Positions 1-8,837 of a stretch of 64,000 bases of DNA are shown here, piece by piece. The number at the start of each line of letters is the position of its first letter. Within the stretch, counting starts at the first letter, position 1. The DNA comes from a phage. A program made the position numbers and the translations under genes. Under the pieces are notes generated by a model. The model searched no databases. It saw only the letters and a list, made by a program, of their open reading frames with translations, and was not told where the DNA came from. The stretch is taken from NCBI GenBank assembly GCA_021469345.1, contig GCA_021469345.1_3049.1. The stretch is one strand, 5' to 3'.

Positions 1-9
1 GAGATATTT

Positions 10-675
10 ATGTTCCATTACACTTATAAAATAACAAATAAAATTAATAATAAAATTTATATTGGTGTGCATTCTACCGAAAATTTAGATGATGGATATA
101 TGGGTTCTGGTAAATTATTAAAAAGAGCTCAAGATAAGTATGGTATAGAAAATTTTTCTAAAGAAATATTAGAGTATTTTGATGATAAAGAATCTATGCT
201 TGAAGCCGAGAAAAATATTGTCACAGAAGAGTTTTTAAATAGACCAGATGTGTATAATTTAAAACTTGGCGGTGAAGGTGGATGGGACCATATAAATATT
301 CCTGGGATGCTAAACCAGAAGAAAGACGCTAGTTTAAAAGGAGCTAAATCGTTTAAGTCACGTTTTAAAAATGATATTTTACTTCAAGAAAAATATCGTA
401 AACATGGTTCAAATGTATTTAAACGCTTGTGGTCAACTCCTGAATACAGGGAAAAATTTTTAAATAATAGCAGATTTTTAAATAAGCATCATACTCCTGA
501 AACTATTAATAAAATGAAAGAATCTCACGCCAGAAATAAACATCAACAGGGCGAAAAGAATTCCCAATTTGGTATGATGTGGATTCATTCATTAGATGAA
601 AAAGTTTCTAAACGTATTAAGAAAACTGACCCAATTCCAGAAGGATGGCTTAAAGGTCGAAAAATGAAATTTTAA
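10..675 (+). CDS. segB: GIY-YIG homing endonuclease, SegB-like (221 aa)
   Basis: ORF track; KIYIG...YMGSG and NLKLGGEGG motifs; sits directly upstream of tRNA gene as in T4. Confidence 0.8.
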   Translation: MFHYTYKITNKINNKIYIGVHSTENLDDGYMGSGKLLKRAQDKYGIENFSKEILEYFDDKESMLEAEKNIVTEEFLNRPDVYNLKLGGEGGWDHINIPGMLNQKKDASLKGAKSFKSRFKNDILLQEKYRKHGSNVFKRLWSTPEYREKFLNNSRFLNKHHTPETINKMKESHARNKHQQGEKNSQFGMMWIHSLDEKVSKRIKKTDPIPEGWLKGRKMKF

Positions 676-678
676 TTA

Positions 679-754
679 CGGGGCATAGCTCAGAAGGAAG
701 AGCAAGGACCTTCTAAGTCCTGGGTCGTAGGTTCGATCCCTACTGCCTCGACCA
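679..754 (+). tRNA. tRNA-Arg (anticodon UCU), CCA encoded
   Basis: Hand-folded cloverleaf: acceptor 679-685/744-750, D stem 688-691/700-703, anticodon stem 705-709/717-721 with loop CTTCTAA (TCT at 712-714), T stem 727-731/739-743 with TTCGATC loop, discriminator A751, CCA 752-754. Confidence 0.88.
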
Positions 755-755
755 G

Positions 756-1065
756 ACAAGAAGCCGGGTCGCTACCGGTAAGTCGTCGGACTGATGTTCC
801 CTGAGTAAGGACTGGTCTTAATAAATCTTTACGATTTGTTAATACCCCCTTACATCACAACAGAAACGGCGCACCGAATTATCGATTCGAGGAAATATCT
901 TTGCCGTAAGCCGAGTAGCGTTTTTGACGGAACGTTCGGATATGGTCGAGATATGGCCTTTTAAAAATATTGAGTAGCGTCAACTGCTTAATAACCGGGT
1001 TCGAATCCCGGCGTTTCGTACAAACACTTGCCTTAGCAGGTGGAACCCCGACAAGGTTGCCGCAA
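756..1065 (+). ncRNA. candidate stable small RNA(s), comparable to T4 tRNA-cluster species 1/2 RNAs
   Basis: about 310 bp with no credible ORF between tRNA-Arg and a terminator; relatively GC-rich; tRNA-like T-arm CCGGGTTCGAATCCCGG at 995-1011; boundaries not determinable by eye. Confidence 0.3.
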
Positions 1066-1070
1066 GGCTT

Positions 1071-1099
1071 AGCCCCAGCCGAAAGGTTGGGGCTTTTTG
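1071..1099 (+). terminator. rho-independent terminator (10-bp stem, GAAA loop, T-run)
   Basis: AGCCCCAGCC-GAAA-GGTTGGGGCT followed by TTTT. Confidence 0.7.
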
Positions 1100-1100
1100 G

Positions 1101-1108
1101 TATAAATA
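1101..1108 (+). promoter_or_regulatory. T4-type late promoter core TATAAATA
   Basis: exact TATAAATA about 28 nt upstream of ATG 1137. Confidence 0.5.
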
Positions 1109-1136
1109 GATGAGTTAATTAACACAGGAAATAATA

Positions 1137-1418
1137 ATGAAAACTTATGCTCAATTTTTAATGACCGAAGCATCCGCTTCAGATGTTCGCGCTGTAGCAA
1201 CTGCTGCTATTAAAGCTGGTAAATATTCTTATAAAGATGCTTCTGACGAATCTCGGTACAAGTTCTATGACGATATGAGAGCTGAAGGCTTTGTGGGTAA
1301 CTATGTTACCACCGCCTGGAAAAGCCTGGTTGCTACTGGTGCGGCTTTCGAAAAACCTTCTGGTAAACCTGCTCCTAAGGCTGACCCTAAAGCAGCACAA
1401 GAAAAAAAATATTGCTAA
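1137..1418 (+). CDS. internal-protein-like protein with capsid-targeting-like N-terminus (MKTYAQFLMTE); probably the 5' part of a frameshift-interrupted gene
   Basis: ATG with AGGAA SD; N-terminus resembles T4 internal-protein CTS MKTYQEFIAE; ends just after an A8 run (1402-1409). Confidence 0.55.
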   Translation: MKTYAQFLMTEASASDVRAVATAAIKAGKYSYKDASDESRYKFYDDMRAEGFVGNYVTTAWKSLVATGAAFEKPSGKPAPKADPKAAQEKKYC

Positions 1419-1419
1419 A

Positions 1420-1599
1420 GGAATTATCTCTAGGTATGAAGCAATTCTTAAAGAACTTTTGATAATTAAGACCGAAGGCCAGAAACTTGCACGTGCTTAT
1501 AGTTTCAAAGATAATCCACATGCTCATGACCTAGAGTATGTTGAAGACCTCCAAAAAATCATCAAAGACCGCATTTGGTCTGCTAAACAAATCAAATAA
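1420..1599 (+). other. 60-codon open frame with no start codon, likely the 3' continuation of the 1137 gene in the +1 frame
   Basis: frame open from 1291 to 1599 with no ATG after 1418; junction at the A8 tract; terminator follows at 1607. Confidence 0.45.
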
Positions 1600-1606
1600 C
1601 ATTCTT

Positions 1607-1634
1607 AGCCCTAGCCGAAAGGTTGGGGCTTTTT
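1607..1634 (+). terminator. rho-independent terminator, near-identical copy of 1071-1099
   Basis: AGCCCTAGCC-GAAA-GGTTGGGGCT + TTTT; one mismatch versus first copy. Confidence 0.7.
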
Positions 1635-1748
1635 GGTATCTAGGCCTTTCCAGACCTCTCTAGGCATCATTTAGTTTATACCCTTTATAATATATTATCC
1701 TATCTTTTAATTGCCCCTCCCTGCCCCAGAATTCCCCAAAACTTTTTA

Positions 1749-1844
1749 AAAAATTTTTTCACAAAACTGTTTACATCCCTGTTCTTCTATGGTACTATAC
1801 AACTATCAACTACTGATACAGAAAACAACTTGGAGAACGAAATG
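1749..1844 (+). repeat. repeated early promoter-leader cassette (copy A)
   Basis: about 60-90 bp shared with 43728-43813 and 62911-63005, partly with 16410-16500 and 19040-19110. Confidence 0.6.
1769..1800 (+). promoter_or_regulatory. T4-type early promoter
   Basis: GTTTAC at 1769-1774, 18-nt spacer, TACTAT -10, A/T-rich upstream. Confidence 0.7.
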
Positions 1845-2105
1845 GATAATTACGGCGAACTGTTCAACTTCTTTATGAAATGCGTTTCAGAAGATTTTGG
1901 TCGTACAGTGAATGATATTAAAGTTATCGGTCCTGATCATCCGATGTTTGAAACTTACGCAGTAATGGGTAATGAAGATGGTCAGTGGTATACTGTAAAG
2001 GTTGTGATTAACATGTTCACGGCAGAAGGTTATGTTAAACTGTCTTCTAAAGTTTACCATGATAACGATGAAATCGCAGAAGAATATTTCAATAATATGA
2101 AATAA
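1842..2105 (+). CDS. hypothetical protein (e.x region)
   Basis: track ORF trimmed from TTG 1830 to ATG 1842; GGAGA SD. Confidence 0.6.
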   Translation: MDNYGELFNFFMKCVSEDFGRTVNDIKVIGPDHPMFETYAVMGNEDGQWYTVKVVINMFTAEGYVKLSSKVYHDNDEIAEEYFNNMK

Positions 2106-2136
2106 AACGTTTACATGGGCTTATGATTGAGATATT

Positions 2137-2469
2137 ATGAGCCCTATTAATGAGAAGAATGTTATGAGTCTTTATACTGAACTGAATAAAAAATCTGAAG
2201 AATCTGCTGAAACTATTTTTAAAAACGTGCAAAGGCGTATTTTAGAAAAGATGTATAACGCTGCAGCTAAAGGTGAAAAATCTTGCCGGTTTCCGATTAG
2301 GTGTTCTTCAGATTTATGCGCAAATACTATTGAATGGCTGGAAAGTGAAGGTCTTACGGTAGAGAAAAACCCGGCGACTTCTATTGACGGCGAATCATAT
2401 ATTAGTATTTCTTGGGATAAACCTCGTACGAATGAAGGGTACTACAAGTTGTTGAGTTGGAAAAATTAA
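2137..2469 (+). CDS. hypothetical protein
   Basis: ORF track, ATG start. Confidence 0.5.
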   Translation: MSPINEKNVMSLYTELNKKSEESAETIFKNVQRRILEKMYNAAAKGEKSCRFPIRCSSDLCANTIEWLESEGLTVEKNPATSIDGESYISISWDKPRTNEGYYKLLSWKN

Positions 2470-2543
2470 AAATAATGATGTACAAACACCAAGGACGGTG
2501 TTATTATAGACTTATCAAAACAAATACAGAAACGGAGAAATAA

Positions 2544-2708
2544 ATGACTACTTTAATTATTTGGTTCGACGAAAATGAAGAAACATACTGCGTGAACATT
2601 GGCGAAAGCCCAATGCCAGAATTTGAATCTTCAGATAAAAACTCGGTTGTATCTTGGGCTGAAGGTTATAAAGCAGCAAAAGGTGATGTTGAAATAGTTT
2701 ACATCTAA
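2544..2708 (+). CDS. hypothetical small protein (54 aa)
   Basis: ATG 2544 with GGAGA SD; below track length cut-off. Confidence 0.4.
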   Translation: MTTLIIWFDENEETYCVNIGESPMPEFESSDKNSVVSWAEGYKAAKGDVEIVYI

Positions 2709-2726
2709 GTATGAAGGCGTTACTAT
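2697..2726 (+). promoter_or_regulatory. T4-type early promoter
   Basis: GTTTAC 2697-2702, 18-nt spacer, TACTAT. Confidence 0.45.
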
Positions 2727-2752
2727 AGACTTATCATCACAAGGAAAACATT

Positions 2753-3088
2753 ATGAAACGTAACTTTAGTAAAGCTTTTTGTAATAGAAATGATTATCCT
2801 GAAGAGCTTTTTGAATCTAAGGAATTTAAAGAGTTTAACGAACGTTCTCAAAACATGCCTGTACAGTGGGTATTGGATTATGCTAACCGTATCTTTGAAG
2901 GCGTACGTTTCGTTGGCCCCGATGATGAAGCTCCTTATTTTAAAAAGGCTTGGGAACTCGCCAATCAAGCATATATCAATGCTTTAGAATCTTCTAAAGG
3001 TACTGACGATGATTTTATTTTATTGGCTATCAATGATGCTGTTGTCGAGGCCATCGACGCCTTTATCGACGAGCTAGACGAAGAATAA
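2753..3088 (+). CDS. hypothetical acidic protein
   Basis: ORF track; AAGGAAAA SD before ATG. Confidence 0.55.
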   Translation: MKRNFSKAFCNRNDYPEELFESKEFKEFNERSQNMPVQWVLDYANRIFEGVRFVGPDDEAPYFKKAWELANQAYINALESSKGTDDDFILLAINDAVVEAIDAFIDELDEE

Positions 3089-3119
3089 GTTTACAATCTA
3101 TTAAAAACGTGATATTATC
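3089..3119 (+). promoter_or_regulatory. T4-type early promoter
   Basis: GTTTAC 3089-3094 and TATTAT near 3114. Confidence 0.45.
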
Positions 3120-3145
3120 TAATTGTATCAACCTAAGGAAATACT

Positions 3146-3739
3146 ATGAACACACTGAAGAAAATTGTTGAGTTTATTCGCACTAAACTTGGTTCTGCTA
3201 TGGCTAAAAATCTATCTGTTGAAGAACAGTATACTGCTGCAGCAGCAAAACTACTTGATAAAATTAAAGATCTAAAAACTGCTTCTATTAAATCTATTAA
3301 TGAAGAAAAGCGTATTCGTGAACTTATTGTCGAAAAGAATAAGCAGGCCGAATCAAAAGAGCGTGAAATTCGCAAGCTTCTTTCCGAAGGTCAAGATGTA
3401 ACAATGCATGCTAAACTCGGTTTACTATATCGTCGAACAGCTGAGCAGTTGACTACTAAAGCTGACGGTTATGCTGAAATGCGAATTGAAATTGCCAAGA
3501 AAGTAGTTGAGTTAGATGATGCTCGTCAAGAACTTGCAGTTAAATTGGAATATATCCGTGAAACTCGCGCCGCGAATGCCCTTGGAATTAGTACTGCCGA
3601 TGATGTAGTTGAAATCGCAGCGCTGACTAAGGTTGATATTGAAGATACCCTTGCTCGAGTTGAAACCTTTAACGGTAATATTTCCGGGGTTGAAACTACC
3701 TCTGCCGATGTTCAGGAATATATTAATTCTCTGAAATAA
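3146..3739 (+). CDS. hypothetical coiled-coil protein (197 aa)
   Basis: ORF track; long charged helical heptad-like sequence; followed by GC hairpin at 3745-3761. Confidence 0.6.
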   Translation: MNTLKKIVEFIRTKLGSAMAKNLSVEEQYTAAAAKLLDKIKDLKTASIKSINEEKRIRELIVEKNKQAESKEREIRKLLSEGQDVTMHAKLGLLYRRTAEQLTTKADGYAEMRIEIAKKVVELDDARQELAVKLEYIRETRAANALGISTADDVVEIAALTKVDIEDTLARVETFNGNISGVETTSADVQEYINSLK

Positions 3740-3781
3740 TGATAAGGGGCTTCGGGCCCCTATTACTTGGAGTAAGTAGGA

Positions 3782-4390
3782 ATGAAAATGCAAAGTGATT
3801 TCAATTCAATGTTTGAAGAGTTCCAAAGACAGGTTGATGTTCCAGACCAATTATTACATGCTCTTAAACGCATGGCAGAAGGACGTAATTATTATTGGGG
3901 TTCTTCATATGAAACTGATGAAAGTCTTTCTGGAAGATTTTATAGAGGTAAAAAGTCTTTAATACGTCCTGGAATACTTATTAACAGTATTGAATCAATT
4001 CATTCATTGACGTGTGATTTTGATGTTGAATTTACTGATTTCATTTCTCCTGAATGGACAGTTTGTTATTTAAACGACGATTTTGATTATCTCGGTGTTT
4101 ATAGTTTAAGTGACGCATGGTTTAAACGTAACTTACAAAAGTCAAATTTATTTTATATTGATACTACGGTAAAATTTCAGGGAAAGAAATATTTCTTTAC
4201 TCTTATAGTTGATTCTGAAACGAAGCATGAAAATAAACGTATTCTTAGTAAAAGGAATATCTTGAATATTGTTGATGATCTTTTTGATAAATTCGTGGAA
4301 AATCCTAGTTTTGAAAGCGATTTATTACTAGAAAAATTTGTTAAGGAATGTAGAGAATATGTCAAAGCCATCAATGCATCTTCCAAGTAA
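3782..4390 (+). CDS. hypothetical protein (202 aa)
   Basis: ORF track, ATG start. Confidence 0.6.
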   Translation: MKMQSDFNSMFEEFQRQVDVPDQLLHALKRMAEGRNYYWGSSYETDESLSGRFYRGKKSLIRPGILINSIESIHSLTCDFDVEFTDFISPEWTVCYLNDDFDYLGVYSLSDAWFKRNLQKSNLFYIDTTVKFQGKKYFFTLIVDSETKHENKRILSKRNILNIVDDLFDKFVENPSFESDLLLEKFVKECREYVKAINASSK

Positions 4391-4751
4391 ACCCTTAAAG
4401 TATGAATCAAAGCACCAGATAATTTCTACTGATGTATTAATAGGTCCTGTAATAGCTGTATCATTTGTAATTCTACTGGGGGTTGGAATAGTTATAGATG
4501 TTATGACTGATATTGAATCTAATATAATATTTGCGTCAACATTAATTCTTCCAATGATAGTTCCATTTTTATTAGTACCTGTAAATTGGGTAGGATACTG
4601 GTATCAAGGAAGGCATTATCGTAAACGCGTACGTGATTGGAAAGCTCAGTGTAAAAAGATTAAAAAGGAACACCAGCTTAAACTTGCTGCGTATGAATTT
4701 GATGAAATTATGAAATTTGTTAAGGAATCACGATGCAAAAGCCAAAACTAA
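4359..4751 (+). CDS. hypothetical membrane protein
   Basis: track ORF trimmed to ATG 4359; two hydrophobic helices. Confidence 0.5.
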   Translation: MSKPSMHLPSKPLKYESKHQIISTDVLIGPVIAVSFVILLGVGIVIDVMTDIESNIIFASTLILPMIVPFLLVPVNWVGYWYQGRHYRKRVRDWKAQCKKIKKEHQLKLAAYEFDEIMKFVKESRCKSQN

Positions 4752-5095
4752 ATAAAGTCAAATATTCGCTTCCTGAGTCATTTTTAATTTTTGCTGTGGC
4801 GTTGGCTGCAGCTCTTGCGGGTAGTCTTTTTGGATTATTAATTGACTGTCTTATTTTAAACATCGACGGCACAGTAAATATAACAGAAGTTTGGAGTGAA
4901 CTTCACTATACTAAAATTATTTCATTATTTTCATTCTTTGGTACCATGTTATATTTTCATTATGATAATTTTAAAATAAATTGGCAAAGAAAAAAGGATT
5001 ACAAAATACAATTAAAAGAATATAATAGCTACATGTCTTATATTGAAAATGAATCAATGAAAGAGTTTGTGAGTGATTGCAGGAAATTAAAATGA
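4733..5095 (+). CDS. hypothetical membrane protein
   Basis: ORF track; N-terminal hydrophobic helix. Confidence 0.5.
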   Translation: MQKPKLNKVKYSLPESFLIFAVALAAALAGSLFGLLIDCLILNIDGTVNITEVWSELHYTKIISLFSFFGTMLYFHYDNFKINWQRKKDYKIQLKEYNSYMSYIENESMKEFVSDCRKLK

Positions 5096-5532
5096 AAACA
5101 TTATCAGCTGGTATTATCTTCATGACAGAAGATAAAGATTTATTTATGGGTCGGGTCACTGGTTCTCGTAAGCCTGGAATGATGGCGCATCGCTGGGATA
5201 TTCCAAAAGGGCGTGTAGAAAGTTCTGATTTGAATGCACTGGAAGCTGCAAAAAGAGAATGCTTAGAAGAGACCGGTTTTAGCAATTATAATCCAGACCT
5301 TCTAGAAGACCTAGGTGTATTTAAATATTCTAGTAATAAAGACTTACAGTTATTTTATTATACGATTCCAGTAGAGCATGAGATGTTTAGAAATTGCCAT
5401 TGCGAGTCTTATTTTGAAAATAAAGATGGCGTTATGATTCCAGAGATGGATGCTTTTGCTCTTATTCCTCGTACTCAGTGGCAATATGTGATTGGCCCTT
5501 CACTTTACCGAATAATGAACAGCCTCTTTTAA
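5092..5532 (+). CDS. nudE: Nudix hydrolase
   Basis: Nudix box G-x5-E-x7-REcLEEtGf; position immediately upstream of e as T4 e.1; start trimmed to ATG 5092. Confidence 0.8.
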   Translation: MKTLSAGIIFMTEDKDLFMGRVTGSRKPGMMAHRWDIPKGRVESSDLNALEAAKRECLEETGFSNYNPDLLEDLGVFKYSSNKDLQLFYYTIPVEHEMFRNCHCESYFENKDGVMIPEMDAFALIPRTQWQYVIGPSLYRIMNSLF

Positions 5533-6063
<531 letters not shown>

Positions 6064-6067
6064 AGTT

Positions 6068-6097
6068 GTTTACTTTCTCCTAGAATTGTGATAGTAT
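6068..6097 (+). promoter_or_regulatory. T4-type early promoter
   Basis: GTTTAC 6068-6073, 18-nt spacer, TAGTAT. Confidence 0.5.
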
Positions 6098-6158
6098 ATT
6101 TACAGTTACTTGAAGAGACAAATTATTAATTAAAATATTTTACATTTAAAGGAAACAT

Positions 6159-6632
6159 ATGAAAACATATCAAGAATTTATTACTGAAGCAGCTATTAAT
6201 TCTCAAATTATTGCTGAATCTTTTACTGATCTTTTGAAATTTAAAAAAGGCCAAAAAATCACTGCTGTATTGGATGATGGTACAGAAGTTGAGATGGATG
6301 TACAAGGATATAATTATGCAGTAGATGGAAAACTGTATAATAAATCTCATGCTAAATTTGATTCATTTGACGACTTTGTTAATACAGTTGAAGATGAAAA
6401 AACTCGTCGATCCATTGCAACTGGTGATGCTAAGGTTCTTATGGCACATGGTCATGAACGCATTCGCGCTAAACAGAATAAAATGGGTGAAGATAATTTT
6501 GCATTAGTTGGTTATCAATCTGGTAAACAAACCTATGGTTATCAGCGTACTGCTACCATGTATAATAAAAATGGTAAAATTGCCTTTGTGAATAGTAAGG
6601 GTTCTATTCAGTACGTTAAATCGTTCAAATAA
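6159..6632 (+). CDS. internal protein (ipIII-like) with capsid targeting sequence MKTYQEFITEA
   Basis: N-terminus matches T4 internal-protein CTS including gp21-type I-x-E cleavage context; position after e. Confidence 0.65.
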   Translation: MKTYQEFITEAAINSQIIAESFTDLLKFKKGQKITAVLDDGTEVEMDVQGYNYAVDGKLYNKSHAKFDSFDDFVNTVEDEKTRRSIATGDAKVLMAHGHERIRAKQNKMGEDNFALVGYQSGKQTYGYQRTATMYNKNGKIAFVNSKGSIQYVKSFK

Positions 6633-6785
6633 GCAAATAAGAAATATGGGAACAACCTGGACCTCATGATTCTGTGAGGGATTCCCGCCAACCTGTAATA
6701 AGGTCGAGCCCAAGTGCGGTAATGGGTAAATACAGAAATGGACAATTCATGCGCCACGGAATGGCCCAAACTTAGAGAGAATAAA

Positions 6786-7325
6786 ATGAGAACATTTTTA
6801 ACTGGTCCTTATCTATCCCTGATGAATGCTTTTACACACCATTCTGATGCTAGAGTAGAAGAAATTTGTAAAAACGATTATATCCCACCATTTGAAGATT
6901 TACTTAAAGAGTATTGTACACTTCGTATAGATGGTGGACGTCAATCTGGTAAATCAATTGCTGTGACTAATTTTGCTGCTAATTGGTTGTATGATGGCGG
7001 AACAGTTATTGTTCTTTCTAATACTTCAGCTTACGCTAAAATTTCTGCAAATAACATTAAAAAGGAATTTTCGCGTTATTCTAATGATGATATACGTTTT
7101 CGTTTATTTACTGATTCTGTGCGTAGTTTTATTGGTAATAAAGGAAGCAAGTTCAGAGGTTTATCGCTTTCGCGAATTTTGTATATAATTGACGAGCCTG
7201 TCAAATCTCCTGATATGGATAAGATTTATAGTGTCCATATTGACACTGTACACTACTGCTGTAATAGTAAATGTTGCATTGGTGGTATTACTCGTCCACA
7301 GTTTTTCGTAATCGGAATGCAATGA
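6786..7325 (+). CDS. small P-loop NTPase (Walker A GGRQSGKS, Walker B ILYIIDEP), Cys-rich C-terminus
   Basis: track ORF trimmed to ATG 6786 with GAGAGA SD; motifs read from translation. Confidence 0.6.
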   Translation: MRTFLTGPYLSLMNAFTHHSDARVEEICKNDYIPPFEDLLKEYCTLRIDGGRQSGKSIAVTNFAANWLYDGGTVIVLSNTSAYAKISANNIKKEFSRYSNDDIRFRLFTDSVRSFIGNKGSKFRGLSLSRILYIIDEPVKSPDMDKIYSVHIDTVHYCCNSKCCIGGITRPQFFVIGMQ

Positions 7326-7657
7326 TGACAGACACTCAGCTTTTCGAATATCTTTATTTTTCGCCAAAAACTATTAAAAATAAATTGGTGAATCATTTTG
7401 AAATTTTGGCAAAAATAACATTTTGAGCGAATTTTATCCTAAGCAATACAAATTACAAAAAGGCGTATTCAAAGGATGCAGAGTTTTGTGCACGGCTCCT
7501 AATGCACGGCTAATGAATAAAATTCCATATTTTACCATGGAATTTATTGATGGGCCTTTTAAAGGACTAATCACCCAAAGTTTAATGGCATATGATTCTG
7601 AGCCATTTTTAATTAAAGAACAATCTTGGATAAATTTATTTTCTAATTGAGGTTTAT

Positions 7658-8020
7658 ATGAAAGCATATCAAATTCTTGAAGGCACACACAAAGGTACTA
7701 TTTATTTTGAACACGGTATTCAAGCACGAATTATTGTCTCTAAAACCTTTAAAGAGGACTCTTTTGTAGACCCAGAAATTTTCTACGGTTTGCATGCCCG
7801 TGAAATTGAAATTGAGCAACAGCCTACAGTTAAAATTGAAGGTGGTCAACACCTGAACGTTAACGTTCTGCGTCGTGAAACTCTGGAAGATGCAGTTAAG
7901 CATCCGGAAAAATATCCGCAGCTGACCATCCGTGTATCCGGTTATGCAGTTCGCTTTAACTCTCTGACTCCGGAACAGCAGCGCGACGTTATCGCTCGTA
8001 CCTTTACCGAGAGTTTGTAA
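7658..8020 (+). CDS. autonomous glycyl-radical cofactor protein (GrcA/YfiD-like)
   Basis: C-terminal [25 protein letters not shown] glycyl-radical motif; a T4 homolog (Y06I) is described in the literature. Confidence 0.8.
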   Translation: MKAYQILEGTHKGTIYFEHGIQARIIVSKTFKEDSFVDPEIFYGLHAREIEIEQQPTVKIEGGQHLNVNVLRRETLEDAVKHPEKYPQLTIRVSGYAVRFNSLTPEQQRDVIARTFTESL

Positions 8021-8241
8021 TGGCAAAGATAATTATTGAAGGTTCTGAAGATGTGCTAAATGCTTTCGCCGAATGGTTTAGTAATTCAGGCGAACAGCAA
8101 TTTAACGAAGCATGGAACATGGGTGATATTAATGGAATTTATCCTACTACAGAAATTTCTGTTCAGGGATATGGCATTCATGAACCTATTCGTTTAGTTG
8201 AATACGATTTATGTACTGGTGAGGAAGTCAAATATGATTGA
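8020..8241 (+). CDS. hypothetical protein
   Basis: ORF track; TAATG overlap with upstream stop. Confidence 0.5.
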   Translation: MAKIIIEGSEDVLNAFAEWFSNSGEQQFNEAWNMGDINGIYPTTEISVQGYGIHEPIRLVEYDLCTGEEVKYD

Positions 8242-8500
8242 AGATATTAAAGGTTATAAGCCACATACCGACGAAAAAATCGGTAAAGTAAATGCTATTA
8301 AAGACGCTGAAGTTCGTTTAGGACTTATCTTTGATGCTTTATACGATGAATTTTGGGAAGCATTTGATAGCTGTGAAGATGATGAACTCGCGAAGAATTA
8401 CGCCGAAAGCCTCGATCAGTTAACTATTGCTAAAACGAAACTCAAAGAAGCCAGTATGTGGGCTTGCCGTGCAGTGTTTCAACCAGAGGAAAAATACTAA
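8234..8500 (+). CDS. hypothetical protein (88 aa)
   Basis: trimmed to ATG 8234 with GAGGAAG SD. Confidence 0.5.
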   Translation: MIEDIKGYKPHTDEKIGKVNAIKDAEVRLGLIFDALYDEFWEAFDSCEDDELAKNYAESLDQLTIAKTKLKEASMWACRAVFQPEEKY

Positions 8501-8778
8501 TGGCTCAATTAAGCGCAGGGTTTGGTTATGAGTATTATACTGCCCCTCGTCGTGTATCTGTTGCTCCTAAGAAAATTCAAAGTCTTGATGACTTCCAGGA
8601 AGTAGTTCGTAACGCTTTCCAGGACTATGCACGTTATCTTAAAGAAGATTCACAGGACTGTCTCGAAGAAGATGAAATTGCTTACTATGAGCAGCGTCTT
8701 GAACAGCTCAAAAATCTACATGAGGTTCGTGCAGAAGTTTCAAAGTCTATGAATAAATTGATTAGATTTAAAGAATAA
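8500..8778 (+). CDS. hypothetical protein (92 aa)
   Basis: trimmed to ATG 8500. Confidence 0.5.
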   Translation: MAQLSAGFGYEYYTAPRRVSVAPKKIQSLDDFQEVVRNAFQDYARYLKEDSQDCLEEDEIAYYEQRLEQLKNLHEVRAEVSKSMNKLIRFKE

Positions 8779-8780
8779 CT

Positions 8781-8810
8781 GTTTACTTTTCCTCTTGACT
8801 GTGGTATAAT
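8781..8810 (+). promoter_or_regulatory. T4-type early promoter
   Basis: GTTTAC 8781-8786, 18-nt spacer, TATAAT 8805-8810. Confidence 0.7.
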
Positions 8811-8837
8811 TTTTCTATCAGTTAAGAGGAGAATAAC

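Noticed and set aside
928-1019. Possible second tRNA (T-arm CCGGG-TTCGAAT-CCCGG with acceptor-like pairing CGGAACG/CGTTTCG)
   Set aside because: No convincing D-arm or anticodon stem-loop could be folded, the span is 92 nt, and there is no CCA; more likely part of a stable RNA or a tRNA remnant
1830-1841. N-terminal extensions in track ORFs that begin at TTG/GTG (e.g. 1830, 5077, 38946, 43799, 45335, 53036, 54854)
   Set aside because: In each case an in-frame ATG with a better-placed Shine-Dalgarno lies a few codons downstream; starts were trimmed
7423-7650. Track ORF of 75 aa (and antisense ORF 7434-7688) in the AT-rich segment
   Set aside because: Starts with TTG, no SD, the only in-frame ATG has no ribosome-binding site, and the sequence contains direct repeats; treated as probably non-coding
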